Shown: positions 9,682-19,484, counted from the stretch's first letter. The stretch is 64,000 nt of DNA from Candidatus Moraniibacteriota bacterium (GCA_052034935.1 JBPOIB010000001.1:316348-380347); one strand, 5' to 3'. The notes: generated by a model from the sequence alone, not told the origin. Program-made: numbers and translations.

Positions 9682-11367
9682 TTATTCTTTGGGCAGATCA
9701 AGTTTTTTCGGAGTAACGAGAATCCATGGGTGTTGTTCCATCCAATCGGCAAAAAGAAAATTCACCATAATCCGGACAAGCACAACGGCCGTGAAAAGCG
9801 AGAGAAGTACACCGAGCGCCAGAATGAAAGCAAAGCCCTTCACGAAGCCCGTCCCCATGCCCATAAGGATGACCGTGGTGATGATGGTCGAGAGGTGCCC
9901 ATCGCGAATTGACGGCCAGGCGCGGCGAAAACCTTCCTGCAAGGCCTTCCGCATCGACTTACCAAAGGCGAGCTCTTCGCGAGTACGCTCGAAGATAAGC
10001 ACGTTGGCATCGACCGCGATACCGATCGAGAGGATGAATCCGGCGATACCGGAAAGCGTGAGAGTAATCGGAAAGGGTGTAAACGCGGAGAGCTTGAAAA
10101 GCGCGAGAAGCATCGCCGAATAAAGGAGCAGCGCCAGAACAGCAATGAAACCAAGGAAACGATAGAAAAGGAGCATAAAAACCGAAACGGCTGCAAGACC
10201 GATGATACCGGCTCGGACGCTCTGGTCGAGAGCTGACTTGCCGAGCGAAGCGTCGATTGATTGCTGCGAGACGAGTGTGATCGGCACCGGGAGCGCTCCC
10301 TCGTTGAAACGCTTTACTTCAGCATTCGCCTCGGCCAAGGTAAAGTCGCTGGTAATGACCGCCTGGCCATCGCGGATTTCCGCCTGCACGGTCGGCTGAC
10401 TCATGATCTGGCCGTCGATGAAAATCGCGACCGGCTTCCCAATATTGCGCGAAGTGATATCGGCGAACAACTGTTTGCCTTCATCATTGAACCGGAGTGC
10501 GATCTGCGGCGATCCAATCCCCTGACTCTGGTAATCGACAAAGACATCAGTGAGGTGCTTACCCGAGAGTCCAGTCGCTTTGTACTTGAGCTGCGGGGCG
10601 TCATCGAGCGAGTACTTGGGGAAGAGGATATGCGCGATATTCACCTCACGCTCCTCACCCTCGCCCCGTTCATCGAGCTTCTTGATGATATGCCAGCCGA
10701 AAGTCGTCTCGACCAAAGCCGGATGAATCGCACCCTTCCCGAGGTTCGGATCGAAGGCAACCGCATCGAATTCCGGTACATAGGCACCCTGCTTGGCGAA
10801 ACCGAGCTCGCCGCCGGTTTCCTTTGCTCCCGGGTCCTGGCTCCAGGTCATTGCGAGCTCGCTGAAATCACTCCCCGCTTTCGCGTTATCGAGAATTTTG
10901 TCGGCCGTATCCTTCGACTGTGCATTATAGGTATCAATTTCGGTCTGCGCCTCCGGACCGGCCAGCTCCCGGAATTCGAGGAACGGCGTTTCCTTGATGA
11001 GATTCTTCGCTTCTTCGATGTCTTTGATGCCGGGCAGCTCGACGATGATCCGGTTCTCGGTCCCCGAACGCGAGAGCTGGACAACTGGTTCTCCAACACC
11101 GAAAGCGTTCACGCGCCGTTCGATCACATCGACCGCCGCCTGAAGCGCTTCATCCTGCTTCGCTTCGTCCACATCCGAGGTATCCGCCGCGTATTCAAGA
11201 TGGATGCCACCCTGGAGATCGAGGCCGAGATTGATTTGGGCCTGCTCGAAGAACCGCTCAATGGGCGGTACGAAGAAAGCGATTTTCGGGTAGGCAATCA
11301 GACTCGACGCCAGGGCGAGGAGAACGACACCCGCGAACTGATAGCGGAGGCGCTTGATAGCGTTCAT
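9682..11367 (-). CDS. secD: Protein translocase subunit SecD with inserted parvulin-type PPIase domain
   Basis: LGLDLQGG, IIVELPG, GALPVP, GIAVDANVLIFER, VKGFA; insertion carrying SQDPG..GGELG..VPEFD..ETTFGWHIIK. Confidence 0.97.
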   Translation of the reverse strand: MNAIKRLRYQFAGVVLLALASSLIAYPKIAFFVPPIERFFEQAQINLGLDLQGGIHLEYAADTSDVDEAKQDEALQAAVDVIERRVNAFGVGEPVVQLSRSGTENRIIVELPGIKDIEEAKNLIKETPFLEFRELAGPEAQTEIDTYNAQSKDTADKILDNAKAGSDFSELAMTWSQDPGAKETGGELGFAKQGAYVPEFDAVAFDPNLGKGAIHPALVETTFGWHIIKKLDERGEGEEREVNIAHILFPKYSLDDAPQLKYKATGLSGKHLTDVFVDYQSQGIGSPQIALRFNDEGKQLFADITSRNIGKPVAIFIDGQIMSQPTVQAEIRDGQAVITSDFTLAEANAEVKRFNEGALPVPITLVSQQSIDASLGKSALDQSVRAGIIGLAAVSVFMLLFYRFLGFIAVLALLLYSAMLLALFKLSAFTPFPITLTLSGIAGFILSIGIAVDANVLIFERTREELAFGKSMRKALQEGFRRAWPSIRDGHLSTIITTVILMGMGTGFVKGFAFILALGVLLSLFTAVVLVRIMVNFLFADWMEQHPWILVTPKKLDLPKE

Positions 11368-11426
11368 ATAGCCCCCAGTATAAGCCAGATTATCCCCTTG
11401 AGCAAGACGAGGCGAACGAGGTGTTT

Positions 11427-13139
11427 TTACCCTCGTTTTTTGCCGAGACGCTCTTGGAGGCGCTTCAGCCGACGCTTCGCTTCTTGTTCCAATCGCTTGG
11501 CATAGGTGGCATAATCAGCGATTGGCGCCAGCTTACCATCCGCGATGAGATAGGCATGATCGAGTTTCACATGTGAGAGGAAAGTCCGGTCATGTGTCAC
11601 GACAATAAGCGTCCCGGTATAGGCCGAGAGAGCGTCTTCCAACGCTTCGATTGCTTCGAGGTCGAGATGGTTGGTCGGTTCATCGAGCGTGAGAACATTC
11701 GCCCCCTGATGGACGAGCGAGGCGAGGACGAGCCGGACGCGCTCGCCCGGGCTCAGTCGGCCGATCTTCACGTCGGCTTCATCGGGAATGAACCCAAACT
11801 GAGCGAGCATCAGGAGTACACGCTCGCGCTCGAAGACACGATAGCGTTTGGCGAAGTAGGCAATCGGGGTGAGATCGAGCGGCAGATTCTCCCCTTCCTG
11901 CATGAGGTCACCGAAGATCACTCCTTTGCTCAGCCGGACCGTGCCGACAATCGGGTCCAGATGGCCGGTGATTGTTTTTAAAAGTGTCGACTTACCAGCG
12001 CCATTCTCGCCAAGAAGTGCCACGCGAGAACCAAACGGCAGTCGAAGCGTGATACCACTTACAACACGCTTCTCTTTCGCGTAGCCAACAGAAACTCGCG
12101 TCAGAGTCACCGCTGGTGGAGCAATCTTCGTATCGGGTGCCAGCTCGAACTCCAAGGGTGGCCGCTCAAACGGCTTCTCGTGTTCGTTCAATCGATCAAG
12201 CCGGCCTTCAAGCGCTTTGGCTGAACCAGTGAATTTCTTAATGGCACGTTCTTTTTTGTAATTCGAAGCGAGTTTGTCACGGTCCGGTCCGCGTTTTTTC
12301 TTCGTCTCATCGGCCCAGTGGATTTTCTCCGCCGCCGAAGTGACCACTCGGTCGCGCTCACGCTGCTCGGCGCCGTAGAGTTCCTTGGCCCGCCGAAAAA
12401 GATGCGCCTTGGTCTCGGCATAGGTCGACCAGTTGCCATTATAAATCTGGGCCGAATGCTTCATTGGATCGATCGCGAGCACACGCGTCACCACGTGGTC
12501 GAGAAAAGCCCGGTCATGTGATGCGACCAGTATCGTTGTGCCAGAACGGACGAGATAGGCCTCGAGCCAGAGCAGTGCGACCAAGTCAAGATTATTCGTC
12601 GGCTCATCGAGGAGGAGGAGATCGACACCCGAAAGAAGCACAGCAGCGAGACTGAGCTTACGCTTTTCACCACCCGAAAACGTATCGAGTGGACGGTTCA
12701 GATCAAGCGAGACCAAAGCGAGGCCATCGAGTATTCCCTTGGCCCGGTCGAGGAAAGCGTAGCCGCCGAGACGCTCGAAGTTCTCTTGCGCCTTTTCATA
12801 TTCGGCGAGCTTGTCTGGATCAGCGATGTATGGCTCGAGCGCAAGCATTTCCTCCTCAAACCGGCTCACCCCGCTCGAGCGACGGAGAAATTCCAGGGCT
12901 GTCTCTTTTCCTTCGACCTTGGTTTCCTGCGGCAAGTAGCCGACGAGCTTATCTTTTGTGATCGTCACGAAGCCGCGATCCGCTGGCTCGAGACCAGCGA
13001 TGATTTTGAGGAGGGTCGACTTGCCCGTACCATTCTCCCCCACCATCGCCATCCGCATCCCGGCAGGCAGCGCAAACGAGACTTCGTGGAGAAGCCGTCT
13101 GGTACCAAAACTTTTGCGGAGTCGCTTCACCGCGAGCAT
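11427..13139 (-). CDS. ABC-F family ATP-binding protein
   Basis: Two NBDs (GENGTGKST, FSGGE, LDEPTNNLD, SHDR; GENGAGKST, LSPGE, LDEPTNHLD, THDR), no TM segment, helical linker. Confidence 0.93.
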   Translation of the reverse strand: MLAVKRLRKSFGTRRLLHEVSFALPAGMRMAMVGENGTGKSTLLKIIAGLEPADRGFVTITKDKLVGYLPQETKVEGKETALEFLRRSSGVSRFEEEMLALEPYIADPDKLAEYEKAQENFERLGGYAFLDRAKGILDGLALVSLDLNRPLDTFSGGEKRKLSLAAVLLSGVDLLLLDEPTNNLDLVALLWLEAYLVRSGTTILVASHDRAFLDHVVTRVLAIDPMKHSAQIYNGNWSTYAETKAHLFRRAKELYGAEQRERDRVVTSAAEKIHWADETKKKRGPDRDKLASNYKKERAIKKFTGSAKALEGRLDRLNEHEKPFERPPLEFELAPDTKIAPPAVTLTRVSVGYAKEKRVVSGITLRLPFGSRVALLGENGAGKSTLLKTITGHLDPIVGTVRLSKGVIFGDLMQEGENLPLDLTPIAYFAKRYRVFERERVLLMLAQFGFIPDEADVKIGRLSPGERVRLVLASLVHQGANVLTLDEPTNHLDLEAIEALEDALSAYTGTLIVVTHDRTFLSHVKLDHAYLIADGKLAPIADYATYAKRLEQEAKRRLKRLQERLGKKRG

Positions 13140-13237
13140 AGCTACAATTCGCTCAATTAATGATTCCTTACTCTATACTCTTTCTCCAAAAAAATCAAGG
13201 CTTTTATGGCTTAATGAAGCTTCTCCATCATCATTGA

Positions 13238-13338
13238 CCCCGTTAGAAGTCACAATTATTCCCCTTAGTATTTTTTGGCTTAAATATGGGATATTTATGT
13301 TTATTTTATAACACACTACTAACAAACTTCTAACGGGG
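13238..13338. mobile_element. MITE-like element, 101 bp
   Basis: Perfect 13-bp terminal inverted repeats CCCCGTTAGAAGT / ACTTCTAACGGGG, AT-rich non-coding core, flanked on both sides by TTGA (13234-13237 and 13339-13342). Confidence 0.7.
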
Positions 13339-13367
13339 TTGACTTTTTGATTAAAATTCACTACTGT
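13339..13367 (+). promoter_or_regulatory. Putative sigma70 promoter for the three-ORF cassette
   Basis: TTGACT-N17-TACTGT. Confidence 0.5.
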
Positions 13368-13415
13368 ATTGATTCCATATCTCATGGAAATTTCTTTACC
13401 AACCTGGAGACATTC

Positions 13416-13628
13416 ATGAAGAATCTCCTCATTTTCATCGTGGCGTCCCTCGTCACATGCTGGGGAGCACTCCTCTTTATGGATGCCCTCAATCAACCAG
13501 TCGAAACGGACATTGTTCGCGGTGTCATCGGTTTCGCACTCTTCGTAGTCGGCCAGTGGGTTGCCGCCTACTTCTTCCTTAGACATCACTCCCCTCCACC
13601 AACCGACTCGAAAGGAACCTCATCATGA
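13416..13628 (+). CDS. Small two-TM hypothetical protein (70 aa)
   Basis: GGAG SD before ATG 13416 (MKNLLIFIV...); two hydrophobic helices; stop overlaps the next ATG. Confidence 0.75.
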   Translation: MKNLLIFIVASLVTCWGALLFMDALNQPVETDIVRGVIGFALFVVGQWVAAYFFLRHHSPPPTDSKGTSS

Positions 13629-13843
13629 AACTTGACCGTACCGAAAAGGGAGCCCTGACTTCGGTCATCGGTGCTCTGTTCATCGCCTTCATGGGGATCA
13701 TCTACGAAGATCTTCGTCATGATCCAAGTGCGGTCGCCAAGTATTGGCAGAACATCATGTTCTGGCTGATGATGCTCGGCCTCGCACTCTTCGTAAGTGG
13801 CGCCGGCATCGTCTACGGCACTCGCATGCTCACGCACAAGTGA
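13625..13843 (+). CDS. Small two-TM hypothetical protein (72 aa)
   Basis: AAGGA SD, ATGA coupling to the upstream ORF, two hydrophobic helices. Confidence 0.75.
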   Translation: MKLDRTEKGALTSVIGALFIAFMGIIYEDLRHDPSAVAKYWQNIMFWLMMLGLALFVSGAGIVYGTRMLTHK

Positions 13844-13854
13844 AGGAGAACATC

Positions 13855-14088
13855 ATGACGAACAACTTGGCCGATTGGAGGGTTCGACTCATCGAGGCCG
13901 TCACTCAACTCCAGTCCGGAAGTGTTGGCGCGTACGCCATCATCCTCGACGCCGAGAGCTTCGGCGAAGACAGTGCCGTGATGCACGCCTGCCGAGACGT
14001 CCTGGCTGAAATGGCCGTCACAGACGATGAACTCAGACTCTGGTTCCGGAACTACCAGGAACGGATCACGCGACCTGTCCCCGCCTGA
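13855..14088 (+). CDS. Small soluble hypothetical protein (77 aa)
   Basis: AAGGAG SD before ATG 13855 (MTNNLADWRVRL...); followed by a terminator. Confidence 0.7.
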   Translation: MTNNLADWRVRLIEAVTQLQSGSVGAYAIILDAESFGEDSAVMHACRDVLAEMAVTDDELRLWFRNYQERITRPVPA

Positions 14089-14107
14089 CGGCCATGCCCC
14101 GTCACAC

Positions 14108-14149
14108 AAAAGCCGCACCACCGAGAAACCCCTCAACGGTGCGGCTTTT
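14108..14149. terminator. Bidirectional intrinsic terminator
   Basis: AAAAGCCGCACC...GGTGCGGCTTTT, a 12-bp inverted repeat between convergent genes. Confidence 0.75.
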
Positions 14150-14184
14150 GAATTTTCTCCACCCTATCTATTATCTAAGTACTA

Positions 14185-14703
14185 TCAGCTCTTCACTTTT
14201 TTCAGATAGTCTTCTGTTTCTTGCAGTACACGCTTCGCATTCACGAAGGTCACTTTTTCCAATGCTCGGTTAAATGGGAGCCAGAGTGAACCGATATGCT
14301 CATGAGAGATTTTCACTTCGGTACTCCCATTCGCAAGGGCTGGATAGAAATGGACTATCTTGAAAATCCAAGTGCCCCGGCCTTCGCGCTTCCGACGTTC
14401 ATATTCATTGCCACGTGCCTCGTAGAAATACTTGATACTGACTCGCTCCGGATACACATCGAGTTCACTGATCCCGGTCTCTTCTTCCGTTTCACGCCGG
14501 AGCGTATCAACTTCCGTTTCACCACTCTCGATATGTCCCTTGGGGAAATCAAAATGCCCACTCGGATACTGAAGGATGAGGTATTCCCGCTCACCTTGTT
14601 CCGACCGTCGAAACAGAACGCTGCCAACCGAAACTTCCCAGACCGTCGGGAAGCCGAAAAGGCCAAGTGCCTGGCACAAAAATTTGTTCACAGGAAGGTG
14701 CAT
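14185..14703 (-). CDS. Nudix hydrolase (Ap4A hydrolase-like)
   Basis: YLILQYPSGHFDFPKGHIESGETEVDTLRRETEEETG, SHEHIG..WL. Confidence 0.9.
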   Translation of the reverse strand: MHLPVNKFLCQALGLFGFPTVWEVSVGSVLFRRSEQGEREYLILQYPSGHFDFPKGHIESGETEVDTLRRETEEETGISELDVYPERVSIKYFYEARGNEYERRKREGRGTWIFKIVHFYPALANGSTEVKISHEHIGSLWLPFNRALEKVTFVNAKRVLQETEDYLKKVKS

Positions 14704-14815
14704 ATGTCTCCAGATTACAGGGAAAAAAGACGATTGACAAAGCACCCTGGATAGGATTAACTACCGCTTCTTCCTCCGATGGTGGTACAACTTCGCTATA
14801 CCGTATAATACAAGT

Positions 14816-16948
14816 ATGTCCTCTGTCTTCTCAATCTTCCGCTGGCTCGCACGCCAAACGAGCTGGCTCATTCTCATCCTCACGCTCGGACTCGTCGTCG
14901 GAGGCTTTTCTATCTATTACTTCGACGCCTCGGAGGCACTCAATCTGGACGAACACCCACTCTCTGAAGCGTCAGTCATCTATGATCGGACTGGTAAGGA
15001 AGTTCTCTATCAGATCTATGGAGAGGAGAACCGGCGCGTCGTGGCGCATGAAGACATCCCCGAATCAATTCGCCTCGCGACGGTTGCTGCCGAAGACGCT
15101 CATTTCTTCACTCATCCCGGTATCGACCTCATTGCAATCGTCCGCGCTGCGATCGTCAATGTCCGAGACAAGGAGATATCCCAGGGCGCCTCGACCATCA
15201 CTCAACAGCTCGCGCGCGCGCTTTTCCTGACCCGAGAGCGAACCTGGGTACGCAAAGTCCGAGAAGTTATCCTCGCGATCAAGATCGAGAAGTCACTCTC
15301 GAAAGAAGAGATTCTTGACCTTTACCTCAACACTGTTCCCTACGGCTCGAACGCGTACGGCGTTGAAGCAGCAGCGGAAACCTTTTTCGGGAAACCAGCG
15401 AAAGAACTGACCCTCGACGAAGCAGCACTCCTCGCCGCAATGCCGAATGCGCCAACTTTGTATTCACCCTATGGTAAGAATCAGAAAGAGCTCGTCGAAC
15501 GAAAAGAATCCATCTTAAAGAAGATGCGCGAACTCGACTTCATCAAGACAGATGAGCTAGACACCGCGCTCGCAGCGAAGACACTCGAAAAAGTCATTCC
15601 GATCGAACGCCGTATCCAGGCCCCGCACTTTGTTTTCTATGTCCTCGAAACACTGAAGCGAGAGTATGGGCTCGAAGCGCTGCAGACAGAGGGGTACGAT
15701 ATCTATACTTCAATCGATCTCGGTCTTCAGAAGGAAGCCGAGGGAATCGTCGCGGACGGAGTCAAGAAAAACCTTCCCCGTGGTGCATCGAACGGAGCGA
15801 TGGTCGCCCTCACCCCGAAGAACGGCGAAATCCTCGCTATGGTCGGTAGCCGCGACTACTTCGATACGAGGATTGATGGCCAGGTCAACGTCGCGATTGA
15901 AAAGCGCCAGCCCGGGTCGACCTTTAAACCGTTTGCGTACGCCACCGCCTTCACGAAAGGTTTTGCGCCCGATACCCGCATTTATGACGTGCCGATTAAC
16001 TTCGGTCCTGATGGTACCGGCAAAGACTATGTCCCGAGTAATTACGATGGTAAGTTCCGTGGACTCCTCACGATGCGGGCAGCATTATCACAATCACTCA
16101 ACATTCCGGCCGTTTCGACGCTCTTTCTCGCCGGGATTCCCGACACAATCGCACTCGCAACTTCCCTCGGCATCAGCACCCTGACCGAGCCGTCGCGTTA
16201 CGGCCTCGCGCTGGTCTTGGGGGGTGCCGAAGTGAAGCTCGTCGATCTGACAAGTGCGTTCGGCGTTTTCGGCCAGGAAGGAAAACGTGTCCCCGCTGAT
16301 GGCATCCTCCGAGTCGTCGACCGCGAGGATCGGGACGTTTATAAGCGCATCACAAATCCCGATACGGTGCTCAAGGCGAACGTCACAAGAGCCATCAACT
16401 CCATTCTTTCCGACAATGCTGCCCGAACGCCAGTCTTCGGTCCTTCGAGTCCGATCGCGTTTCCCAAAGGCACTGGCGTTGCCGCCAAGACCGGAACGAC
16501 ACAGAATTTCCGCGATGCCTGGACGGTCGGCTACACCAGCGATGTCGCCCTCGGCGTCTGGACCGGGAACAACGATAACACCCAGATGGAGGAAGGTGCC
16601 GATGGCATCTACATGGCCGCGCCGATGTGGCGCGCGATGATGGACAAGCTCATCGAGCGCTATCCGCCCGCGCCATTCACCGATTACACCAACGAGGCCG
16701 GATCAATCGAAGGAGCCGACCCGAGCAACATTATTGGCGAGCCGAAAATCGTTTACTATGACCGCAAGTCAGGAAAGAAAATTTCTGAGACGAAAGCCAA
16801 GAAGAAACGGCAGAGTGATGTCGAAACGCGCATCGTCGATGGCGGAACAACGTTTGAATATTCAACTGAAAAAGGCACTGGCGAGCTCCTCTTCAAACCA
16901 TCGAACGCAACTGACCTCCTCAAGATCTACTATCCCGAAGGGAACTAG
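14816..16948 (+). CDS. Class A penicillin-binding protein (PBP1A family)
   Basis: AAEDAHF, GASTITQQL, YLNTVPYG (transglycosylase); QPGSTFK, SLN, KTGT (transpeptidase). Confidence 0.96.
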   Translation: MSSVFSIFRWLARQTSWLILILTLGLVVGGFSIYYFDASEALNLDEHPLSEASVIYDRTGKEVLYQIYGEENRRVVAHEDIPESIRLATVAAEDAHFFTHPGIDLIAIVRAAIVNVRDKEISQGASTITQQLARALFLTRERTWVRKVREVILAIKIEKSLSKEEILDLYLNTVPYGSNAYGVEAAAETFFGKPAKELTLDEAALLAAMPNAPTLYSPYGKNQKELVERKESILKKMRELDFIKTDELDTALAAKTLEKVIPIERRIQAPHFVFYVLETLKREYGLEALQTEGYDIYTSIDLGLQKEAEGIVADGVKKNLPRGASNGAMVALTPKNGEILAMVGSRDYFDTRIDGQVNVAIEKRQPGSTFKPFAYATAFTKGFAPDTRIYDVPINFGPDGTGKDYVPSNYDGKFRGLLTMRAALSQSLNIPAVSTLFLAGIPDTIALATSLGISTLTEPSRYGLALVLGGAEVKLVDLTSAFGVFGQEGKRVPADGILRVVDREDRDVYKRITNPDTVLKANVTRAINSILSDNAARTPVFGPSSPIAFPKGTGVAAKTGTTQNFRDAWTVGYTSDVALGVWTGNNDNTQMEEGADGIYMAAPMWRAMMDKLIERYPPAPFTDYTNEAGSIEGADPSNIIGEPKIVYYDRKSGKKISETKAKKKRQSDVETRIVDGGTTFEYSTEKGTGELLFKPSNATDLLKIYYPEGN

Positions 16949-18195
16949 TCGCGACGCAGCGCCTCCATCGGCGTAAGCTCTGAAGCGCGGTATGCCGGAG
17001 CGATACCGAAGACAAGACCAACAAGCATGGAGAAACCTGCGCCAAGAAGGAAGGATTGGAATGAGAACGAAAGCGGCAGAGCGAAGCCGAATGAAGCAAA
17101 AACGAAGCTCAGGGCGACTGTAAGGAGCATCCCGAGCACAATGCCGATGAGTCCGCCAAGGAGCGTAATAATGAGTGCTTCGAAAAGGAATTGACTGAGG
17201 ATACTCCCCGATGTCGCGCCGACCGCCTTGCGCAGGCCGATTTCGGAGGTACGCTCTGAGACTGAAACATACATGACATTCATGATACCAACGCCGCCGA
17301 CCACAAGCGATATGGAGGTAAGTGCCAAGAGGAGGATAGACAGCGATCCAAGCACGTCCCCAAGCGTTTTCTGTGCCTCTTTGGTTGAGGTCACCGAGAA
17401 GTCATCCTTGTCCGGATCATCGATATCGTGCCGCGTGCGAAGCAAAGCGACGATATCCGCGACCGTCCGCACTTCTTGAGTCGGATCAGTCATTTTGACA
17501 GAAATGAATTGGACATAGTCGACACCGAGCAGCTTTTTCTGGAGTGTCCGAACCGGCACATAGGTGAACGTATCGAAATTGAGAAAAGCGACCGCCCCGC
17601 GTGGCTCGAGCACACCGATTACGCGGTACTTCCCCCCCTTCAGGGTAATTGATTCTCCAACAGCATTATTCTGGCCGAAAAAAGTCTCCTTCGTATCACT
17701 ACCGAGAACAGCTACCTGGGCCAGACTTTCATCTTCACTTTCGGTGAAAAAACGCCCACTTTCAAGCTTGAGGTTACCATCAATCTCCGCTACCTGTGCT
17801 CCCGTCCCGAACAGCGAGATACGCTTCCCGGTCGATCCGTATGTCGCCCGTTCTTGACCGATGGTGCCAGCGTAGACTGCAGCGACATTCGGTAGTTTCG
17901 CGATCGCTTCGCCATCTGCAACGGTCAGTGTTGTGATCTGGGTCCCTTGGGCGCGCGAGGTTGCATTTTCGTTCGACATGCTCGTCGTACTTGGAATCTT
18001 CACTTCGACTTGCACCAGGTCTGTCCCAAAGCTTTCGACCTGTCCCAAAATGTATCCTTTTACTCCCTCTCCAAGACTCGTGACAACCACGATCGCAAAG
18101 ACTCCAATCACGACGCCAAGCAAAGCTAATGCCGTCCGGGCCTTGTGCGTACGGATAGTCTTCAGGGCGAAACGGAGCGATTGAGTGTACTTCAT
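16945..18195 (-). CDS. MacB/FtsX-family ABC transporter permease
   Basis: ISLVVGGVGIMNVMYVSVSERTSEIGLRKAVGA, PMEALR. Start placed at MKYTQS. Confidence 0.93.
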   Translation of the reverse strand: MKYTQSLRFALKTIRTHKARTALALLGVVIGVFAIVVVTSLGEGVKGYILGQVESFGTDLVQVEVKIPSTTSMSNENATSRAQGTQITTLTVADGEAIAKLPNVAAVYAGTIGQERATYGSTGKRISLFGTGAQVAEIDGNLKLESGRFFTESEDESLAQVAVLGSDTKETFFGQNNAVGESITLKGGKYRVIGVLEPRGAVAFLNFDTFTYVPVRTLQKKLLGVDYVQFISVKMTDPTQEVRTVADIVALLRTRHDIDDPDKDDFSVTSTKEAQKTLGDVLGSLSILLLALTSISLVVGGVGIMNVMYVSVSERTSEIGLRKAVGATSGSILSQFLFEALIITLLGGLIGIVLGMLLTVALSFVFASFGFALPLSFSFQSFLLGAGFSMLVGLVFGIAPAYRASELTPMEALRRD

Positions 18196-18200
18196 AAAGA

Positions 18201-19442
18201 TTATTCGTAGCGGAGCGCCTCCATCGGACTCACCCGCGCCGCCTTCAACGCTGGATAGAGTCCAAATGTGATTCCAATCACAAGCGAAACTGTGAATCCA
18301 ATCACGACCGATGAGAGCGGTACGAGAAATTGCCATTCGTAGCCGAGGCGCGGAATGATAAGCGCGGCGATATACGCAATTGCGATTCCAAAGAGAATAC
18401 CGATGATTCCGCCGAAGAGCGTGATGCAGGATGACTCAATCAGGAATTGAGTAACAATGTGTGTTGGTCGGGCACCAACCGCTTTCCGCAGCCCAATTTC
18501 ACGGATGCGCTGCGAGACGGAGATGAGCATTGAGTTCATGATTCCGATCCCTCCGACAAGGAGCGAGATCGAAGCAATTGCAATCAGAAAATACTTCAGG
18601 ACATCAGTGATGCTCGTGAGCACACCGAGAGCCGCCTGCGTACTCCGGACGGAAAAATCCGACTCTTCCCCCTCCTCGATATCATGCCGGTCGCGAAGAA
18701 GCGTGGTCATATCAAGAAGTGTCCGTTCGATATTTTCGACCCGATCGACTTTGCCACGGGCGAAATTCAGGTAGTTGATTCCGAGAAGGATTTTCTGGGC
18801 GGTTTCGAGCGGAACAAAAATAAGTACGTCTGGATTAGAAAAGGCCGCCGAACCACGTTCTTCAAGGACACCGATGACTTTGAATGGATTTTTCTTGATG
18901 GTGACTGTCTCCCCAATTGGATTACGGTCAGGAAAAAGGTCTTGTGCTCTAGCTGCACCCAAGACCACAACGCGTGAAAGATCGCTCTCTTCTTCCGGAA
19001 AAAAGAATCGGCCTTGTTCCACCTGAATATTCTCAACCTCGATCATATCTGGCGAGACCCCCTGGAAGCTCATCTCAAAGGAGTCCGCATCCGATTCGAC
19101 CGTCGCCGATCCGCTCACATAGCCGGAAATCGCAGTAAGATGAGGAACATTTCGATTCGAGCGGAGTGCCTTCAGGTCATCATTCTTGAATGTCGTCGTC
19201 ACGATACCAAGCGCCGAAGCGGGCGGCCCTTTTTCCTCCGAGGCGCCGGGCAATACCGCCACCAGATTCGAACCGACATTTTCAACCTGAGAAAGCACGA
19301 GGCGCTGAGCGCTCGCTCCGATTGCCATCACCATAATGACGGCTGCAACGCCAATAACGACGCCGAGAACCGTCAAGAAGAATCGGAGTTTGGACGAAGT
19401 GAGCGAACGATAGGTTATTTTAATCGGATCGGAAAGTTTCAT
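18201..19442 (-). CDS. MacB/FtsX-family ABC transporter permease
   Basis: LTVLGVVIGVAAV, ISLLVGGIGIMNSMLISVSQRIREIGLRKAVGA, PMEALRYE. Confidence 0.94.
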   Translation of the reverse strand: MKLSDPIKITYRSLTSSKLRFFLTVLGVVIGVAAVIMVMAIGASAQRLVLSQVENVGSNLVAVLPGASEEKGPPASALGIVTTTFKNDDLKALRSNRNVPHLTAISGYVSGSATVESDADSFEMSFQGVSPDMIEVENIQVEQGRFFFPEEESDLSRVVVLGAARAQDLFPDRNPIGETVTIKKNPFKVIGVLEERGSAAFSNPDVLIFVPLETAQKILLGINYLNFARGKVDRVENIERTLLDMTTLLRDRHDIEEGEESDFSVRSTQAALGVLTSITDVLKYFLIAIASISLLVGGIGIMNSMLISVSQRIREIGLRKAVGARPTHIVTQFLIESSCITLFGGIIGILFGIAIAYIAALIIPRLGYEWQFLVPLSSVVIGFTVSLVIGITFGLYPALKAARVSPMEALRYE

Positions 19443-19484
19443 AATTCACGGCTGGGTTCAGACATTCGAAAATGGGCTACGGGA

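Noticed and set aside
13173-13589. 138-aa minus-strand ORF
   Set aside because: Antisense to the small membrane gene and reads through the MITE-like element (NPVRS and SNGVN are translated TIRs)
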